The notes beneath the pieces are model-generated. The model did not search any database and was not told the DNA's origin. It saw nothing but the letters and a program-made list of their open reading frames with translations. From Oopsacas minuta (taxonomy: Eukaryota; Animalia; Porifera): a stretch of 64,000 nucleotides of DNA. The translations under genes and the position numbers were made by a program. Positions 40,454 to 54,960 of the stretch are shown in pieces; position 1 is the first letter of the stretch; each line of letters opens with the position of its first letter. The DNA is taken from contig JAKMXF010000328.1 of assembly GCA_024704765.1 (NCBI GenBank), positions 253,060 through 317,059 on the forward strand, written 5' to 3'.

Positions 40454-40700
40454 CTAGCGAGCTTCGCTTGCTTGCGCTAAGCGGTTGAGAACTTCATGGC
40501 AGCACTCGGTCCTATGGAATTTTAATCCCCAAACCTATTTTTCAGGTAGACTTAAAATTGCAAAATTCGGAATACATCAATTATACCTAAAGGACCTACA
40601 TGAATTTCAACATGATGCATTAGGAGCGAAACGGTATAAATATGTTTTCGCAAATCCTCATCATTTGATATGCCACTTCTTACCATAACATTGATGTGGT
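40454..40700 (-). repeat. 3' end of a Helitron-like non-autonomous repeat
   Basis: Reverse complement ends GCAAGCAAGCGAAGCTCGCTAGT, the same terminal motif as 60630-60653. Confidence 0.5.
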
Positions 40701-41152
40701 GCTGAGGACTCGTAGCAAATATATTTATTAGGTTGTGCTTTAATACCTCAAAATGGATTCATAATATGGACTAAAGTACCTCTCTGCTCACGGATTGGTA
40801 ATATCGGTACACTCCTATACAATGTAAAAGTTTCTTATTTTAAGAGTCAAGTTAGTAACAAAACCGTTGGAAAACTAATCTTAGAAATCAAAGGGATCAC
40901 GCATTACCTCAGTAAAGATAAGGCTATTACTCGTTGAGAGAGTATCATCATTATCAGCTGTATCCGTTTTATTATCGTAAATGACGTCGAGACGTAATAC
41001 AGTCTCGTCTCACTATTAAAATCGTAATTGCTGGATTGGGTATTTTGAATCGATAGCCACTTGTTGAATGCGATTTCGATCGGACTCGTTAAGAATATTG
41101 CATTTAATTGATGTCGGCCATAATTGACCCGCCACTGAATAATTAGATTTGT

Positions 41153-41979
41153 CCCCACTTGAGTGAAGCTCACTTGAGCGAAATCCATTAAGCCAATTAT
41201 TTGACGGTTTAATAAATGAATTATTTTAATAAGATTCAAAACAAGTACATAAATGAAATATAAGAGTATTAATCATAGAGAAAAAATTGTTGGTTGTGCA
41301 ATATTATGAGCAATTCCGGTTGAATATTCATCAGCACTCTTCTGTCCCGAGTTAAAAGATAAAGTAAGGTTTCTATTATTTTCGTTGATTTGCCTGTATT
41401 TTATATTCTTGGAATAAGCCTTTATATTTCCAATATTTTTTTGAGCTAATAGCGTTTCTGTACATCTTTGCTCTCTAATGAGTTTTGACACGAATTCATA
41501 GATATTCGCGTGTGACTTTCCAATCGCTCTATTTAATCTTAAATGCCAACCTTCCAGATTATTATTTGTTCTTCGTTCTACTCCATACATATTCCAAAGC
41601 TTATGGGAGTTCTAATTTGAATATCACTGTTCCTCTGATCATTCATACTATAGATGCAGCCATTGCAATCTCGAGTGCGACAACGCCATCGTTTCTTAGT
41701 ATTGGCCGACACTAATTTGTCAAAATCTATAAGAAAGACCTTCAAAACTTAACGCAGGACACTTTTTTGTTGTTTCGTAATGAGATGCCATTTGATGAAA
41801 TAATGTTCTTTGACATGGAAAAGGTTCCCATTTATACGAAATTGATCTATGATACCAAAATGTGTATTATTTTAACACCAAAAGCACCCTTTATTTGAGT
41901 CTCATTTTGATAACTTTACACATTGTGATACGGTTTCGCTCAAATGGGCTTCGCTCAAATGAGTTTCACTCAAGTGGGG
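41153..41979 (-). mobile_element. MULE derivative with repeat-rich TIRs and a transposase C-terminal remnant
   Basis: Inverted CCCCACTTGAGTGAAGCTCACTTGAGCGAAA / TTCGCTCAAATGAGTTTCACTCAAGTGGGG; internal RRTNNNLEGWHLRLNRAI. Confidence 0.85.
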
Positions 41980-42061
41980 AAACTCCTGATAGTCCATCAC
42001 ATGCCTATTGTCATTTTATAATCCATCTCTGCTCACTAATAGCTTGTATATTGTATCTCTG

Positions 42062-45030
42062 ATGCCCAGTGCCTGTTCTGCCCCGGGTTGCACAAGTAAT
42101 TATTACCCAGATGACAGAGTGTATATATTCAGAATGCCAAAGATTCCACCCGAACTTAAACAAGCCTGGATACGCGCTCTCCACCGTGAAGATATTGATC
42201 GTCTCAAAGTCGTTTATGAATGTATCAAACATTTCCGTGAAGAAGATGTTGACTATTTTCATAAAGTTCCCAATGGTGACGGTACTTTCACTAGTGTACC
42301 TCGCGATAAACTTAAGCTGAAAGAAGGGGCAATTCCCAGTTTACTTCCCAGTTTCCCCTCTTATTATTCATCAACATCGACAAGCAAACGTACTCGTTTG
42401 TTTTATAAATCAAAAGAGAAAGAAATGTTGAATCAAACCATTCAGCTTAGTCTAAAATCTGAGAGTGAGGCCAAACACAAATTCATCATTAGAAATTTAC
42501 AGGATCTGAAAGCTAAGTTGAATTATATTGTGTTACCAGACAATTGGTTAGTATGGCATACTGACAATTCTAGTACACTGTTTATTCTNNNNNNNNNNNN
42601 NNNNNNNNNNNNNNNNNNNNNNNNNNNNNNNNNNNNNNNNNNNNNNNNNNNNNNNNNNNNNNNNNNNNNNNNNNNNNNNNNNNNNNNNNNNNNNNNNNNN
42701 NNNNNNNNNNNNNNNNNNNNNNNNNNNNNNNNNNNNNNNNNNNNNNNNNNNNNNNNNNNNNNNNNNNNNNNNNNNNNNNNNNNNNNNNNNNNNNNNNNNN
42801 NNNNNNNNNNNNNNNNNNNNNNNNNNNNNNNNNNNNNNNNNNNNNNNNNNNNNNNNNNNNNNNNNNNNNNNNNNNNNNNNNNNNNNNNNNNNNNNNNNNN
42901 NNNNNNNNNNNNNNNNNNNNNNNNNNNNNNNNNNNNNNNNNNNNNNNNNNNNNNNNNNNNNNNNNNNNNNNNNNNNNNNNNNNNNNNNNNNNNNNNNNNN
43001 NNNNNNNNNNNNNNNNNNNNNNNNNNNNNNNNNNNNNNNNNNNNNGGATAGCGAAAACTATTCTTCCTCAGTTATAGCTAAGCTCCAATTTATCCTCTGT
43101 CAATTAGACAATATATTTATTCCAAAGAACAGGCGAAGGTACAATATAATTACACAAGTCATGTCAATTAAGACTCATCTCTTTTCTCCAGCATGTTATG
43201 CATATCTCCAGGGTTTAAAGTGTCTTTCTCTACCTATCTCTCCCAAGCTACTTCTTCCTTCAGTTCATTGGAGAGAAATGTTATAGTTCAAATGGACGAA
43301 ATACACATTAAATCTGATATTACTTATAAAGGAGGGAAGATCTTTGCTCCTAATTTGGACCCAGAGGACCCAACCAGAACTGTGTTTGCGGTAATGATAT
43401 CTAGCTTACATGAGAAATGGTCTTGTATTTCACGTTTATTACCATGTGGTTCTATTTCCGCGAAAAGGCATTTCCCATCATCAAAGAGTGTATCATTGAT
43501 ATTGAGAATTGTGGTTTACGTGTACAGGTAATTTCAACTGACAATTATCCTTTGAATGTAAATCTTTTCAAGCTATTTTCTCTGAGTGGCAAATTCGAAA
43601 CTAGGGTACCTCACCCATTTGATCCTACTAGATTTCTGTTCCTCACGTTCGATTTTGTTCATATTTAAAAAGGATACGTAATAATTGGTTGAATCAGAAG
43701 AATTTTGATAAGACAATGTATTACCTCAAGTTGGAAGATTTTGAGATTGATAAATGCCAGTACCCCCTTTGTCTCCATTCAGCATCTTTTCAAGATGTAA
43801 GCCTGCTATACAGCTCTGAAAGAGGAAGTTTAGCGAAACTGGCTCCTCAGTTAACAGTGAAAGCCTGTTTTCCTTCTAGTATAGAAAGACAGGATGTCGA
43901 ATTGGTTCTGAAGGTTTTTAATGGTCTAACACTATCCGCTCTTGAGATTCCATATGAAAAACGTTGTGAAGAATATCGCAATAATACCTCTACGTTTGTT
44001 AGAATCCTTCCTACTCTGTGGAAAATATTCAATGTTAGTACACCCTCCAAAGGCATACGTTGAAATGACAATCTCTCAACACCCTTGATCTTACACGATG
44101 AGCGTTTCATATATTTAGCTCGTATAGTGTATTGGCTAGATGCTTGGCGGTCATCACCTGGAACATCGGGTAAATTGAATAAGCAAACGTATACTAGTTT
44201 AAGACACGCTTGTATTGCTTTAGAACAGATAACAACCTATCTAACTGAGTCATGTAGATTTTCTTATGTTTTGTCTGCATTTCTGCAAACAGACCCATTG
44301 GAACATCATTTTGGACTCTATCGTATGATGGCTGGTTCGAATTATCAAATTTCCTACATTCAAATTCTTGAATCCGAGCGTAGTCTTTAGCTCTCTAACA
44401 TTCTAAAAAATGTTTTCTGACCAACAGGACTCTTGTCAATCTATACATACTTTTGTCAAATCTTTTACTTCACCCTTTACTACTTCTAGTGATGACCAAA
44501 TAGATCTTGAGCCATATCTTGATGGAATTGGTGACGTATTATCAGTTGAATACACTTAGCAGATACTCCAGTCGTTAGCTTTTATCGGAGGATATTCGGT
44601 CTATAAATTCTTGAAAAGGTTTCAAGAGTGTAGATTATGCACTGATACGCTAACTTATGATAAAGAATTAATTCCTGACCCGTGATTCAATTTCTCAATT
44701 CAAGCTCTTGCAATTAACAGATCGATGGTGGCTCAAATATCTATCTGAGCCTTTTCTTAGCTCTGTCATTACTCTGGAAGATTCTGTTTGCTATTGAGGA
44801 CAATGATCATTTGGCGAATCTACTTGTACACGGTCCAGCTAGGAAAATATTAGTTGAGCTCATATTGATATACATGGAAGATGATGCAAGTGTTGATATC
44901 TGGAAATCAAATTGTTCTATCTGTAGTGTTACTAGATGGGATATCTTACGTAAACTTATTTTTACTACTGCTAATTGCTTTCTTGCCAACAAGATTAAGA
45001 ACGATAATTCACTTGTAAATGATATCACGC
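42062..45030 (+). pseudogene. P-element/THAP9-type transposase, near full length, with frameshifts and stops; spans the gap
   Basis: THAP MPSACSAPGC...WIRAL...CIKHF; QMDEIHIK, STDNYPLN, FDFVHI, FPSSIERQDV, QTDPLEHHFGLYR, AFIGGYSV. Confidence 0.92.
42589..43045. other. Assembly gap, 457 N
   Basis: Read directly from the sequence. Confidence 0.99.
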
Positions 45031-45054
45031 ATCAATGTGACGATGCTCATATAT

Positions 45055-45400
45055 GGTCATTTTCAAGATTCCGCAATACTCTTCAATTATTTCATATCAA
45101 TTTGTATTACAAGGGTATGGGAAGTCGGGGTATTGAGTATAAATTGACTATTCTGATTTTACAATAATTTTAATGATGGTCGAGTTATAATTGAATATTC
45201 ATGAAATTCGCCATCCATGGTCTCTACCTTAACTCAACAACGAGCCAACTTTTGAATGACAAATTTTTGACATTTTGTATAAAAAGATCTATAGATCATT
45301 TTATTTATTCACTTTGAGTTGATAAATGCAATATTTAACGTTCTTCAAGGCATCAAAGAATGGTATATTTTGCTAAATGAATGCTTACTAGAGACATATT
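45055..45400. repeat. Long-TIR family copy directly after the P-type transposase (probable right TIR)
   Basis: CATTTTCAAGATT, AGGGTATGGG, TCGAGTTATAA.TGAATATT and TAACTCAA.AAC are collinear with 57145-57330. Confidence 0.7.
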
Positions 45401-46059
45401 TTTGCACACTCTTAAAGGTTTTTATCATTTATTTGTGTAAAATTTGATGTCCTACAGAATTGTAGTACATTTATTCAGCAAAATGCATTTTTCTGCAATA
45501 AAGAAACCATGTCTATATATGCTTTCAGCTAATATTGCATCCCTGGTGCCAAAATTCGAATTACTGTTAGGCCTTATATTTTGTAGGCTATGACTGATGA
45601 TTCATGGTGTACACCTGAAAAAGTTGGTGTGTACGTGTATACACGGGATAAATTCAGTTTGTACGCATCACACACATTCTCTAATACACTGCAACATTAT
45701 AATCATACATTTATTGTTCCAAATGTAGAAATATCGCAAATTTAGATTTGCTTCTATGATTACAATCAGGACCGTATTAATCATGAGGCACTAGGGGCTG
45801 GTGTCCCAGGGCCCCTCGACTTTTAGGCCCCCACGATAAATTCGGGGTCCCTGCATAACTATCGGATCACTGAATAATGTACGGCCCCCTCCCTAATAGT
45901 TTAGGAGTATTATAATCTGTTGTTAATTTATATTATGTTAAATTTTGTCTATAGTACGATATCTTTATCAAGAAATTTCCTTAGAACAACATTTATCCAT
46001 AAATCCTTATCTCTAATCTCTAATCCATAAACATTGTATAATATTATATTTGAACTAGT

Positions 46060-46800
46060 ATGATTTATTTTACAGCAAATTTAATGGCTGAAAGATGCTA
46101 CAAAAGTAGAGCTTTCAAACGACGGAAAAAGGATGAGTCAGAAAAAGCATTGTCTCAGTCATTAAAGAGTAATCTAAAGTTAGGAAACTTTCTCGTAACT
46201 ACTTGTACTGAAGAGAATGTTCCTCCTATTCTATGTGCTCCCGACCACGATATTAATAGCAGCTTATCAATAACACAACAAGAATATTCTAGTCAATCTA
46301 GTGGTGAATTCGAATTTGAGCAGGATGATACAATTGCTAATTTATCAAGTGCAAATGAATAAACTACATTTAGTGATAACCCTTCTACTTGGTCCCATGT
46401 TACTGAAGCAATGCAGCCATGCTGGTAGAGATATTTGCCAACATATTGACGATGACTTTATGGCTTCACTACATAAGTATGCCAATGAAGATTTCTATAG
46501 ACACTGTACGAAAGATATGTTTTGCCGTAGACATTTAAAGAGTGGAGAGCTGGTACTCCGTAAATGGTTGATATACTCGCCTTTATTCGATGACCTCTTT
46601 TGTTTACTTGTAAACTGTTTGATTCAGATATAAACCATTGCTCCTTTGAAAAGGAAGGTTTTAGAGATTGGAAGCATGTTGATAGGGCATTAACTAGGCA
46701 TGAGAACAGTGAGATGCATAGACAGTCTTTGTTAAAATATCTGCAAAGTAAGAATGTTGAAGGTGGAATCGATACAAATGCAGTTAAACCTCCATAGAAA
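46060..46800 (+). pseudogene. ZMYM1-like hAT transposase N-terminus (TTF-type zinc finger)
   Basis: RKWLIYSPLFDDLFC and CKLF...EGFRDWKHVDRALTRHENSEMH. Confidence 0.8.
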
Positions 46801-46924
46801 ATTGCATTTTCTTTGTGTTAGATTTATTTGAAATTTGCCGTTGATATTTGTCACTGAAACTGGGCTTATTGATAGATTCCATTTTCAAAAACTGGGAAAA
46901 TAGGTCTTTTACCAGTTTTAGCAG

Positions 46925-47960
46925 GGGCGGCGCTAGCGCAGCAGCCTCAGAGGATCGGGCTGATGTGTTGGGGAGGCGAACCTCATAATTGTAAATATGT
47001 AATTACAATTTCAGTACCAAAGTATATAATTTTACTAACAAGATATAGTCAAATACTCGGTTCTTTTGCTTGTACTATGGTCCTATCGCAGTATGCGGTG
47101 CGGTATCTCTGCGAAACGGTTGATAATGGTCTACCTATCCACCTATGCGTATAGGATCTGCGCATAGACATTAAGGACTCCGATATCAGACAAGCGAGTG
47201 TCACCCATCGTTAAGCGATGGAAGTTCTTTATCCTCTACATCGCATTTGTGGGGCTCGATAAAGTTGAGTATTCCCATCAAGTCTGAGGGGAGGTCGTGG
47301 CTTCCATTCTCGAACGTAATGCGTAGTAGGTCGATCTCTGTCTGCACGATGTTCCGTTTCTTCGTCACGTCATTAAAGTTACACATCGACCAAATCTGCT
47401 CAATGTCAATGCGCATATGCCGCCGCGGACAGCCAGATTCTCCTTCGATAGAATTCTCATCTGCAGTTCTGCCAAAGTCTTGTTACACATGGGCATAAAT
47501 ACCTCTCTTCGATAGCCATCAGACTACCTCAATCCAACAGGACAACCATGAACTGCGCGAACCACTGCCTGTACAATATCCGCCGCCGCTTGTAGATATC
47601 CTCCATACTTCGTCCGCCAATGGAATCTGAGGCCTCTCCAGCCATAAGCAGACTGTTTTGATGACTTATATGGCCTTCTCTACGCATTCGATTTCCCCAA
47701 TCTTATAACGCGGCAATTATATGAATTCTCAATTCTTAGAGATTACATTCACGAATTCAGCCAACGGTGCTATAGCATAAACAAATTTCCTAAATTGCGG
47801 GCTGGGGAGAATAAATAAACGGACCGCGGGCTTTACGGGTCGCACCCCAGAGTATAATAGTACTGTACATGTACGTATATATTTTTCGGAATAATATGAC
47901 CCAAAGCTGAAGGGGTGTGCCCGCCCGCCCCGTTGTATTCTCAGTCTATGGCAGCGCCAA
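46925..47960 (-). mobile_element. hAT derivative with transposase C-terminal remnant
   Basis: TMGDTRLSDIGVLNV...HIINRFAEIPHRIL; GC-rich hAT-like ends (CAGGGGCGGCGCTAG...). Confidence 0.6.
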
Positions 47961-49636
47961 TAGCATTGAATTGTAATGGAAGAACAATTTCAGTAGTTTA
48001 CGGCTTCTAGCCCCCCTCACACCGTCACTGCTAACTAGGATTTTACGTCAAAAATCTAAAAAAGTGTTAGCAAAATGGGTGAAATTCCATGAACATTTTT
48101 CGAATTATTAGCTATAAGTAGAATTTACTTTTTGAATAGATTTAAGTTTTATACGGCCTAAATGACTGCTTCATGGCACAGCAATATTCAAATATACTCT
48201 ACTATAACCGATTACGGTCAAAGTGTTACGTTCATAAAGGAAAGGAACACTAACATTTTACTATATCGCGTAACCCAATTTCTGCACCCAAATCGAGATT
48301 TTAAGGCCTTTTTGACGTCATAAAATTGCACATTTTCCCGGCTGTATTCGGTTAATAGAAAATCGAATTAATCGCACACGTTTAGCATGAATAGTAGTGG
48401 AATGAAACTCGATTTTGTATGAGTCGGTCAAATATCTTTCGAGTTATGACGTCACTAATATTTGATTTTTTTTGCACTCCGAGATGAAATATCCCCAAAA
48501 TAGAAAAGTCTCTATCTTACTTTAAATGTCGGAAATGGAAGTTTGGCTATGATTACGCTAAAAATTCCCAATAATGTGAATTGGTGTGTGAGAAAATCAT
48601 AAAGTTGGTGAAATTGTATTTCGAGTTGATCTAATATACGTGAAAACTGGAAATGAAACTGATGGCACAATTCAAACCAGAACTATGACGGAGCACTCGG
48701 GGATATTTTAGCGCTTAACTTTTTGTTGTTGTGCCTTTCCTTGTAATCAATTCTTAGAATTGGACATATTAAGGACTCCAAATTTCCCTGTGAGTAATGC
48801 ATAAATCCACTAGTAACCGGTTAAAGGGCTCAATTTGAAAATCAAAAAAATCAGCAACTTACAACAGAGATAGACGTACACAACGTATTATCAGTGTATA
48901 GAAAATCGGCCCTAAGGAACATAACAGTTATCCAGCATTCTGATAAAATTCATATTGTTGCTTTGAGAACCACTCGTAATTCATTTTTCATACTTTTTGG
49001 ATTAACGATGATTGCTGATTGGAGAGCGTAGATATTTACTTTCATTGTTTAAGTTAGATATGAGCGAAGCGAGCCCCAAAATATACTGTTTGTAATTTAG
49101 GTTCAATAACACAACAATTGAATAACACGTTTATCCCCTACGGAATCCGCCACTGGTGGGGGCCCTAAGCCATGGCTTAGTTGGCTTATAGGTTAATCTT
49201 CTGAGCCTGAAGCTAATATATGGAGAGATATGTGAAACAGTTGTGGTACACTAATGTGGGATATATTAGCCAAATTATTGGCCTCTACTTCAAACTGTAT
49301 CTTATGCAATAACATTAAAAAATATGAATGCTTTGCTACCCTTCAAGTCCAATCTGGAAAACACACGAAATTTAAGAAGATGAAACCCCAATAGTTGCTT
49401 ATATATTTTATCTCTAAAAGCAACTAATATTTCACTGATGTGTGACTTATCTTATTGTATACTTGTATCAAACCAATCTACCTTTACTTCTTAGACTGTA
49501 TTATTCTGTAATCTTTTATCTACGTATAACATTATATTGTTACATAACCAATAGACTTCAACAATATCCATGGTCCTTAAAATCGCACAAGAACAATTTC
49601 TAAGTTCACAATTTGGATGAATTCCATTTAATTCAA

Positions 49637-50091
49637 GGGCGGGTCGTTAGTACAAATGTCAAAATCTGCATTAGTCCAAATTTTTGGTGATGTTTGCGTG
49701 AGTTGGATCTGTAGCAGGCTGTGAGCATGTGAGTTGCTGAGAGTAATTAGAACTCACGTTGGAAGGTGGTAGAATTGGATTTTGACAGGATTATCTAGCT
49801 AGATTGGCTTGAGCTGAGAAGATGAGCATTTCAGTCGACTATTTGGATAACTAGTGTTGTTTTGATTGGATTATCGTTGGATCTGGAGCAGGCTGTGAGT
49901 TGCTGAGAGTATTTAGATTCAAAACAACAAAAGGAAATGACAATATTTCCTCGCGACGAAATTTCACCGTGAATGCATGCATTCGATCACCAAAAATTTT
50001 GACTATTACCGATTTCATATTTTGACTAACGTGAACATCTGAAATTTGGACTATTGCATACATACGAATTTGGACTAATGTATGCGCCCCC
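49637..50091. mobile_element. Decayed MULE-like foldback, with an interior shared with 61417-62097
   Basis: GCATTAGTCCAAATTT / AATTTGGACTAATGTATGCGCCCCC; internal GGATTATCTAGCTAG..TTG.CTTGAGCTGAGAAGA also occurs at ~61590. Confidence 0.65.
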
Positions 50092-50812
50092 AAGTTTCTT
50101 GTAAGATTTATCCATAACATAACAGATTGTCAAGTTATTGATGAGTACCCCATTGAATAAGTTATGCAATCGTAAATGTATTGATTGACTCTTGACAGAG
50201 TTTTACAAACCTTATAAATATAGTCAATTAAAGGAGCATTTTGTTGACATTTGCTAAGTAAGCAATCAGATGACGTCATATCGACTTGGAAATAATTTGT
50301 AGAGATAGAATATGTGTATTGTTAAATATCAATAACCTATTTTCGGTCCAAAGGAAATTTTTTAAGATTGTTGCTACTTCCCATTCAACGATACCAATAA
50401 ACTAACGGTTTACGAGATATGTTAACCCACTGGCCTAACTTGGTCATAGAGTTAGCCTGAGTTGAATACGAGGTGACTGTCCAGGTAGTTTAGAAGTCCA
50501 TAATCCTATTTATTTACTATTTACCAAATAAAAGCTTCAATTACAATTACTATAAATACGTAAAATACAATTCTATAACGACAGGCCTGCTGTATGTGGA
50601 GATTAGTACTTCTATAAATAGATATCAATATTTGACATTTAAGAAAACTAGATCCCTGTTATCTCAGGCTTTTGTGAGTGAATACACAGTAAGCTATGTT
50701 GTTACTAATTAACCGAGAATTATCCCTTAATCAATATATGGTGGATACATTAAGTCACCAGTAATTTATCTTAATACAAGAATATAGCTTAATAATGTAC
50801 ATCAAATCTTGA

Positions 50813-53061
50813 TTAACTAATGCAATCCTGAGAAGGGAATTGTATAAATTCTGAAAATTCTGAATAAACTTTCTGTAGATTAACATTTCGAGCAATCAGT
50901 TCTAATAAATTAGATATAAATACAAGGTTATGTGAAACTAATGCTTGTATTGGTGTGAGAGCAATTATTTCAGATATATTTAGTAACGGTTGTAGTAATT
51001 CTGAAAATAATTCTCTCAGTTGAGATTCTAAATCATGGTCAGATAGAAATTGAACATAACGAAATAGCCATCGTTGAAGATCAGTCCGAGAGTTCATAGC
51101 TAGTGAACTATTGAGTTGAGATTCGAGAAAAAACTGATTTCTAGCAAAAGAACTCGCTCCTGCAATATGTAGGGAAGAATATGGATGTGCCATCCCTTCA
51201 ACTTGTGGATCAAGTGAACTTGTAAGTTGAATACTTTGCCAGCAATTGAACTTCTTATTGTAGAGGAAGGACGTGTCGTTAGAGAGTGTCAGGATAGGCC
51301 CAGGGTCTTTGACTGTTAGATTAATTATATCAACCTTCTTGTTAATTAGTAGAGGAGATACAGGTTGGGCTGTAATTACACATTTTAATTGTGGAAATTC
51401 CCACATGTACATATCATATTTAGAAGTTACCACAAGGAGAGAGCTACAACCAATAACCATTTTAACTAATTGAGCTGGTAATAGTAGTGGAGCAACTAAT
51501 CTACGGCCACAGCTTGTAAAAATGTGTAGGCTACAATCTACACATGAAGTCACTACGTAACTGGATGAACAACAATAAGAAATGACTTTACTAGAAATAA
51601 TAACATCCCAAAATTTGGAAGTAACAGAATTAGGTTCTGCGCTAGTAACTTTAAGCAGAGCGCCATAGGACCGTATATTGTCTATATGCAGAGAGTAGAA
51701 TGGTGTTTCATGTGAAAATGAACGAGAAATAGACCGAAAATCTAATTCAACAGATGATTCCTTTACATCAGAAGGGATTTCCACTACTTTATTAGGAGCA
51801 GAATCAATTGGAATCATTGGAGAATTAGGGTGAAAACATTTAGATGTGACGACAGAAATATTTTCAATATTATTAGATGCAGGAACAACGCTAAGAGGAG
51901 AGGTTATTGCCAAAGAGTTAGCGTTAATCGCGTCTTGAATAGTAGAGCCAATTGAATCAACTATAGGAGATGGGTTATGTTGGGTTATTAAATCATCAGA
52001 AGACACATGATAGTTCATGCTTGGGGCCGAATTTGATCTTGAATTTAATCGTACTGATGAACTAGTTGTTAAATGAGGGACAAATGCATGATCTGGTTGT
52101 AGAGGGGGAGATATGAACAAAGGTGTTATTCTCCGTTTTCCATCTTTAGTTCGTATTTCAACTTGTTCTGTATTCACATTTTGAGCTAGTGTTGAAGATT
52201 GTATAGACTTATGTTGGGGATCTCGGTTCGCAAGAGTGATTGTAGGAGTAGAGTTCTGCAAGGCAAGTAGTTTTGGAGTCTCAAAAACAAAGTTAGTTGA
52301 AATTTTGTCAAGTGATGAAGGAAGAGCCGTACATCCATATATTTCCATGTGAAGTCTCAGAAGGAGTGAGGATTCGAGAACATAGCCCAGTTCAGCTTCA
52401 GAAAATTTGAGTAGGGCAATTGAGCTATCCCAAGAGCAGGCTAGGAGTCGATATCCGTCAGAAGACCAAGAAAGATCAAGTATGGAACTTGAAAAAACTT
52501 GCTCAACAAGTAATATTGGCTTGGTTTTCGCAGTGTTCCAAATTGAAATTGAACTGTCCTTAGATCCAAGTGCCACAATAGTATGGCTCTGAGAAGATTT
52601 TAGATCGTAAGAGAAGAGATTGGAATTAAATGCTGCAACTTCAATTGCTTTTTGATGACCCACAAATGACTTATCATATTGCCAGTTGTTTCGATCAACT
52701 ATGTGGGAAACAGGAAATGTATTGTTGAGTGCATGTGCTGTCACAATATTGCGTCCATCAGGAGACCAAGATAATCTCAAAAGATGAGTTGTACCAGAAC
52801 AGTGGTTGAATGGCTGTGAAATTTTAGTCTCCATGGACCAATCTTCAGTCCGCCAAACTCGAAGGGTACGGTCATCAGATTGAGAAGCTAGATATTTACC
52901 AATTGGGTCCCAACATAACCCTTTGACCATTCCGGAGTGTTGTTTAATTATGTGATGTTTCGCAGGTAATTGAACACCGTTCCATATTATGATGGTGTTA
53001 TCAACACTACAAGAGGCTAGGTATTCATCAGAGAGTGACCAACTGAGGTCAAGAACTTCAC
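50813..53061 (-). CDS. HIRA: HIRA exon 2 (2,249 nt)
   Basis: Acceptor TTTATAG| then (G)GT GAA GTT, giving GEVLDLSWS...ASCSVDNTIIIW; VKGLCWDPIGKYLASQSDDR; B-domain-like QVEIRTKDGKRRITP. The spliced CDS is 2,649 nt (882 aa). Confidence 0.94.
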
Positions 53062-53099
53062 CTATAAAGATATCACAATGTGAATTAGTGTAAATATAG

Positions 53100-53640
53100 G
53101 TTTGTATATCCAGAATTGATTGAAGAAAATGGAAGACCCTTGGGGCTGACTTTTGGCATACAGGGGTTTATGAGGCCTGGTTCGGACAATTTCGAATCTA
53201 GGAAGAAATTATGACGTAATTGTCAACTTTTTGGAACTTAAAAATCACATTACTAACCACTGCTCAGCCAAATACATGATGGTTTGAAATTTGAGCCACA
53301 GGTACCCCTCAATGGGACAAATGCAAACTCATCATGGCTATACAAAATATTCTAAATTGTCCAAATTTCGGAAAATTCTAAAGGGCCCAGATTACTAACT
53401 AAAAGCCACGTAGCAGCTCCAGTATTACGACAGAAGGCCATTAAATGGAATTTGGATAGACTAAGGATAATAAAAAATACAAATACCCGCAAAAATTATC
53501 CTCGGGGAACATAGTGCCCAGTGTAATACCCAGTCGAGTAGTGACCAAACTATCAAGAAATTTAGCTATTTAATACTTAAGCTAACCTGAGGTACTAAGC
53601 TGTCGCGGAGCGACCTAGCAAGCGAACCGCGCTAGATAGC
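53100..53640 (+). repeat. Helitron-like non-autonomous repeat, copy A
   Basis: CAGAATTGATTGAAGAAA...GCATACAGGGG...GCCTGGTTCGGAC...CCACTGCTCAGCCA; ends GCGACCTAGCAAGCGAACCGCGCTAG. Confidence 0.65.
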
Positions 53641-54049
53641 AAATATACTGTGCCATAACAGTCTATGCACTAAAGCAGAGGTGCTCAAACTTTTAAACCT
53701 ACGGGCCACTTTAAAAATTAGGCTCGGCCTTACGGGCCACAAATCATAGATTGCTCTCATATAGCATTAACAATGGATTCTACTTGTAAATTCAGGTTAT
53801 TGACTTAAATTATAATCTTTTAAATAGATTCGAATCATTTGATGTCTCTTTTGAACTCAGCTTGTTTTCTAGCAAGTGGAGAATAGTACTAAACCTAGAT
53901 TTTGGGGTATACTATGTACTGTTCATACTAGAATAACATTGCAGAAAAATCTCGCCATTTCAATTTAGGTTCTGCCTCCTATGTTATACTTGTGAAGCTC
54001 TAATAATTGATAGAATTCTAAATGCAAACTATAGTTACCAATAGTGGGT

Positions 54050-54960
54050 ATTGGCAAGTTGATACGAGAACGGAACCTAATTGTATACCGTTAGACCCCG
54101 GTGCTCGTATAAGTCCGCGTTTTCACCAGGACCAGGATTAGGTTTATTCGACTTCAATGTTATGCCATATGGGTTGACAAATGCGCCGGGAACCTTTCAA
54201 ATGTTAATGAACCAAGTAATGCAAGGTAAATATTCACATAACTTGAAAATGGGATCCAAATTCATTTAACCATGGAGAATTCGCAGACCTGCCATTGAGG
54301 GGTTATAAACAAATTTGACAACGAATTGAAACGCAAGATGAAATTCTATAACGTTTGTATAAGTCCCATGTTTATAGTAAGCTAATTCGTCGCACTTGTA
54401 CCTTACACACTTAGGTCTAAGTTTATATACCAGTGTCATGATATAAACAATGGATCGGCTGAAGGATGAGGGATATTCGCTAGGAACGTATAAAGACCTT
54501 AATGAATACTTAAACTTGCAATCTGTCAACAAACTAAGTCGTTGCCTAAGGAACAAACACAGTGTCTACCATTTGGGAGACCAATGGAATATTTTCAGTA
54601 GATGTGTTAGAAGTACCCTGCTCATTTAGTAGAAATCGTTATCTTCTGTTTTGTATAGATAGTTTTATCAGATGGATCGAGTGGATTCAAAGCCTTTGTT
54701 GAAACTAAATATGACTAGGGAGCGACATTTACCTCTTGCATTGTATGTTTACAGAACTTCCATAATAATGCTTCAACGGACGTGTCTCTATATTTATTAA
54801 TGTATGGAAGGGAACCAACTGAATTGTGACGTTTTGATTTCCCTGTGGAATATATCAATACACAAATTATTATGACCAAGTTAGGGAAAGACGCAGAAAT
54901 TAAAGAAATTGTAGAAGCCAAAGGAGGGATTAGAATGCAAGAGTATAAAGCTAAGAATAT
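54050..54960 (+). mobile_element. Gypsy pol remnant (RT and integrase fragments) inside the HIRA intron
   Basis: GYWQV; KSAFSPGPGLGLFDFNVMPYGLTNAPGTFQMLMNQV; later ASTDVSLYLLMYGREP. Confidence 0.85.

Noticed and set aside
42008-43051. 347 aa ORF
   Set aside because: Its length comes from reading through 457 Ns. Only the THAP part is real.
48040-48800. Region with repeated TGACGTCA-like motifs suggesting CRE sites
   Set aside because: It lies in transposon-dense sequence far from any gene start and is more likely an unclassified repeat. There is no evidence of regulatory function.
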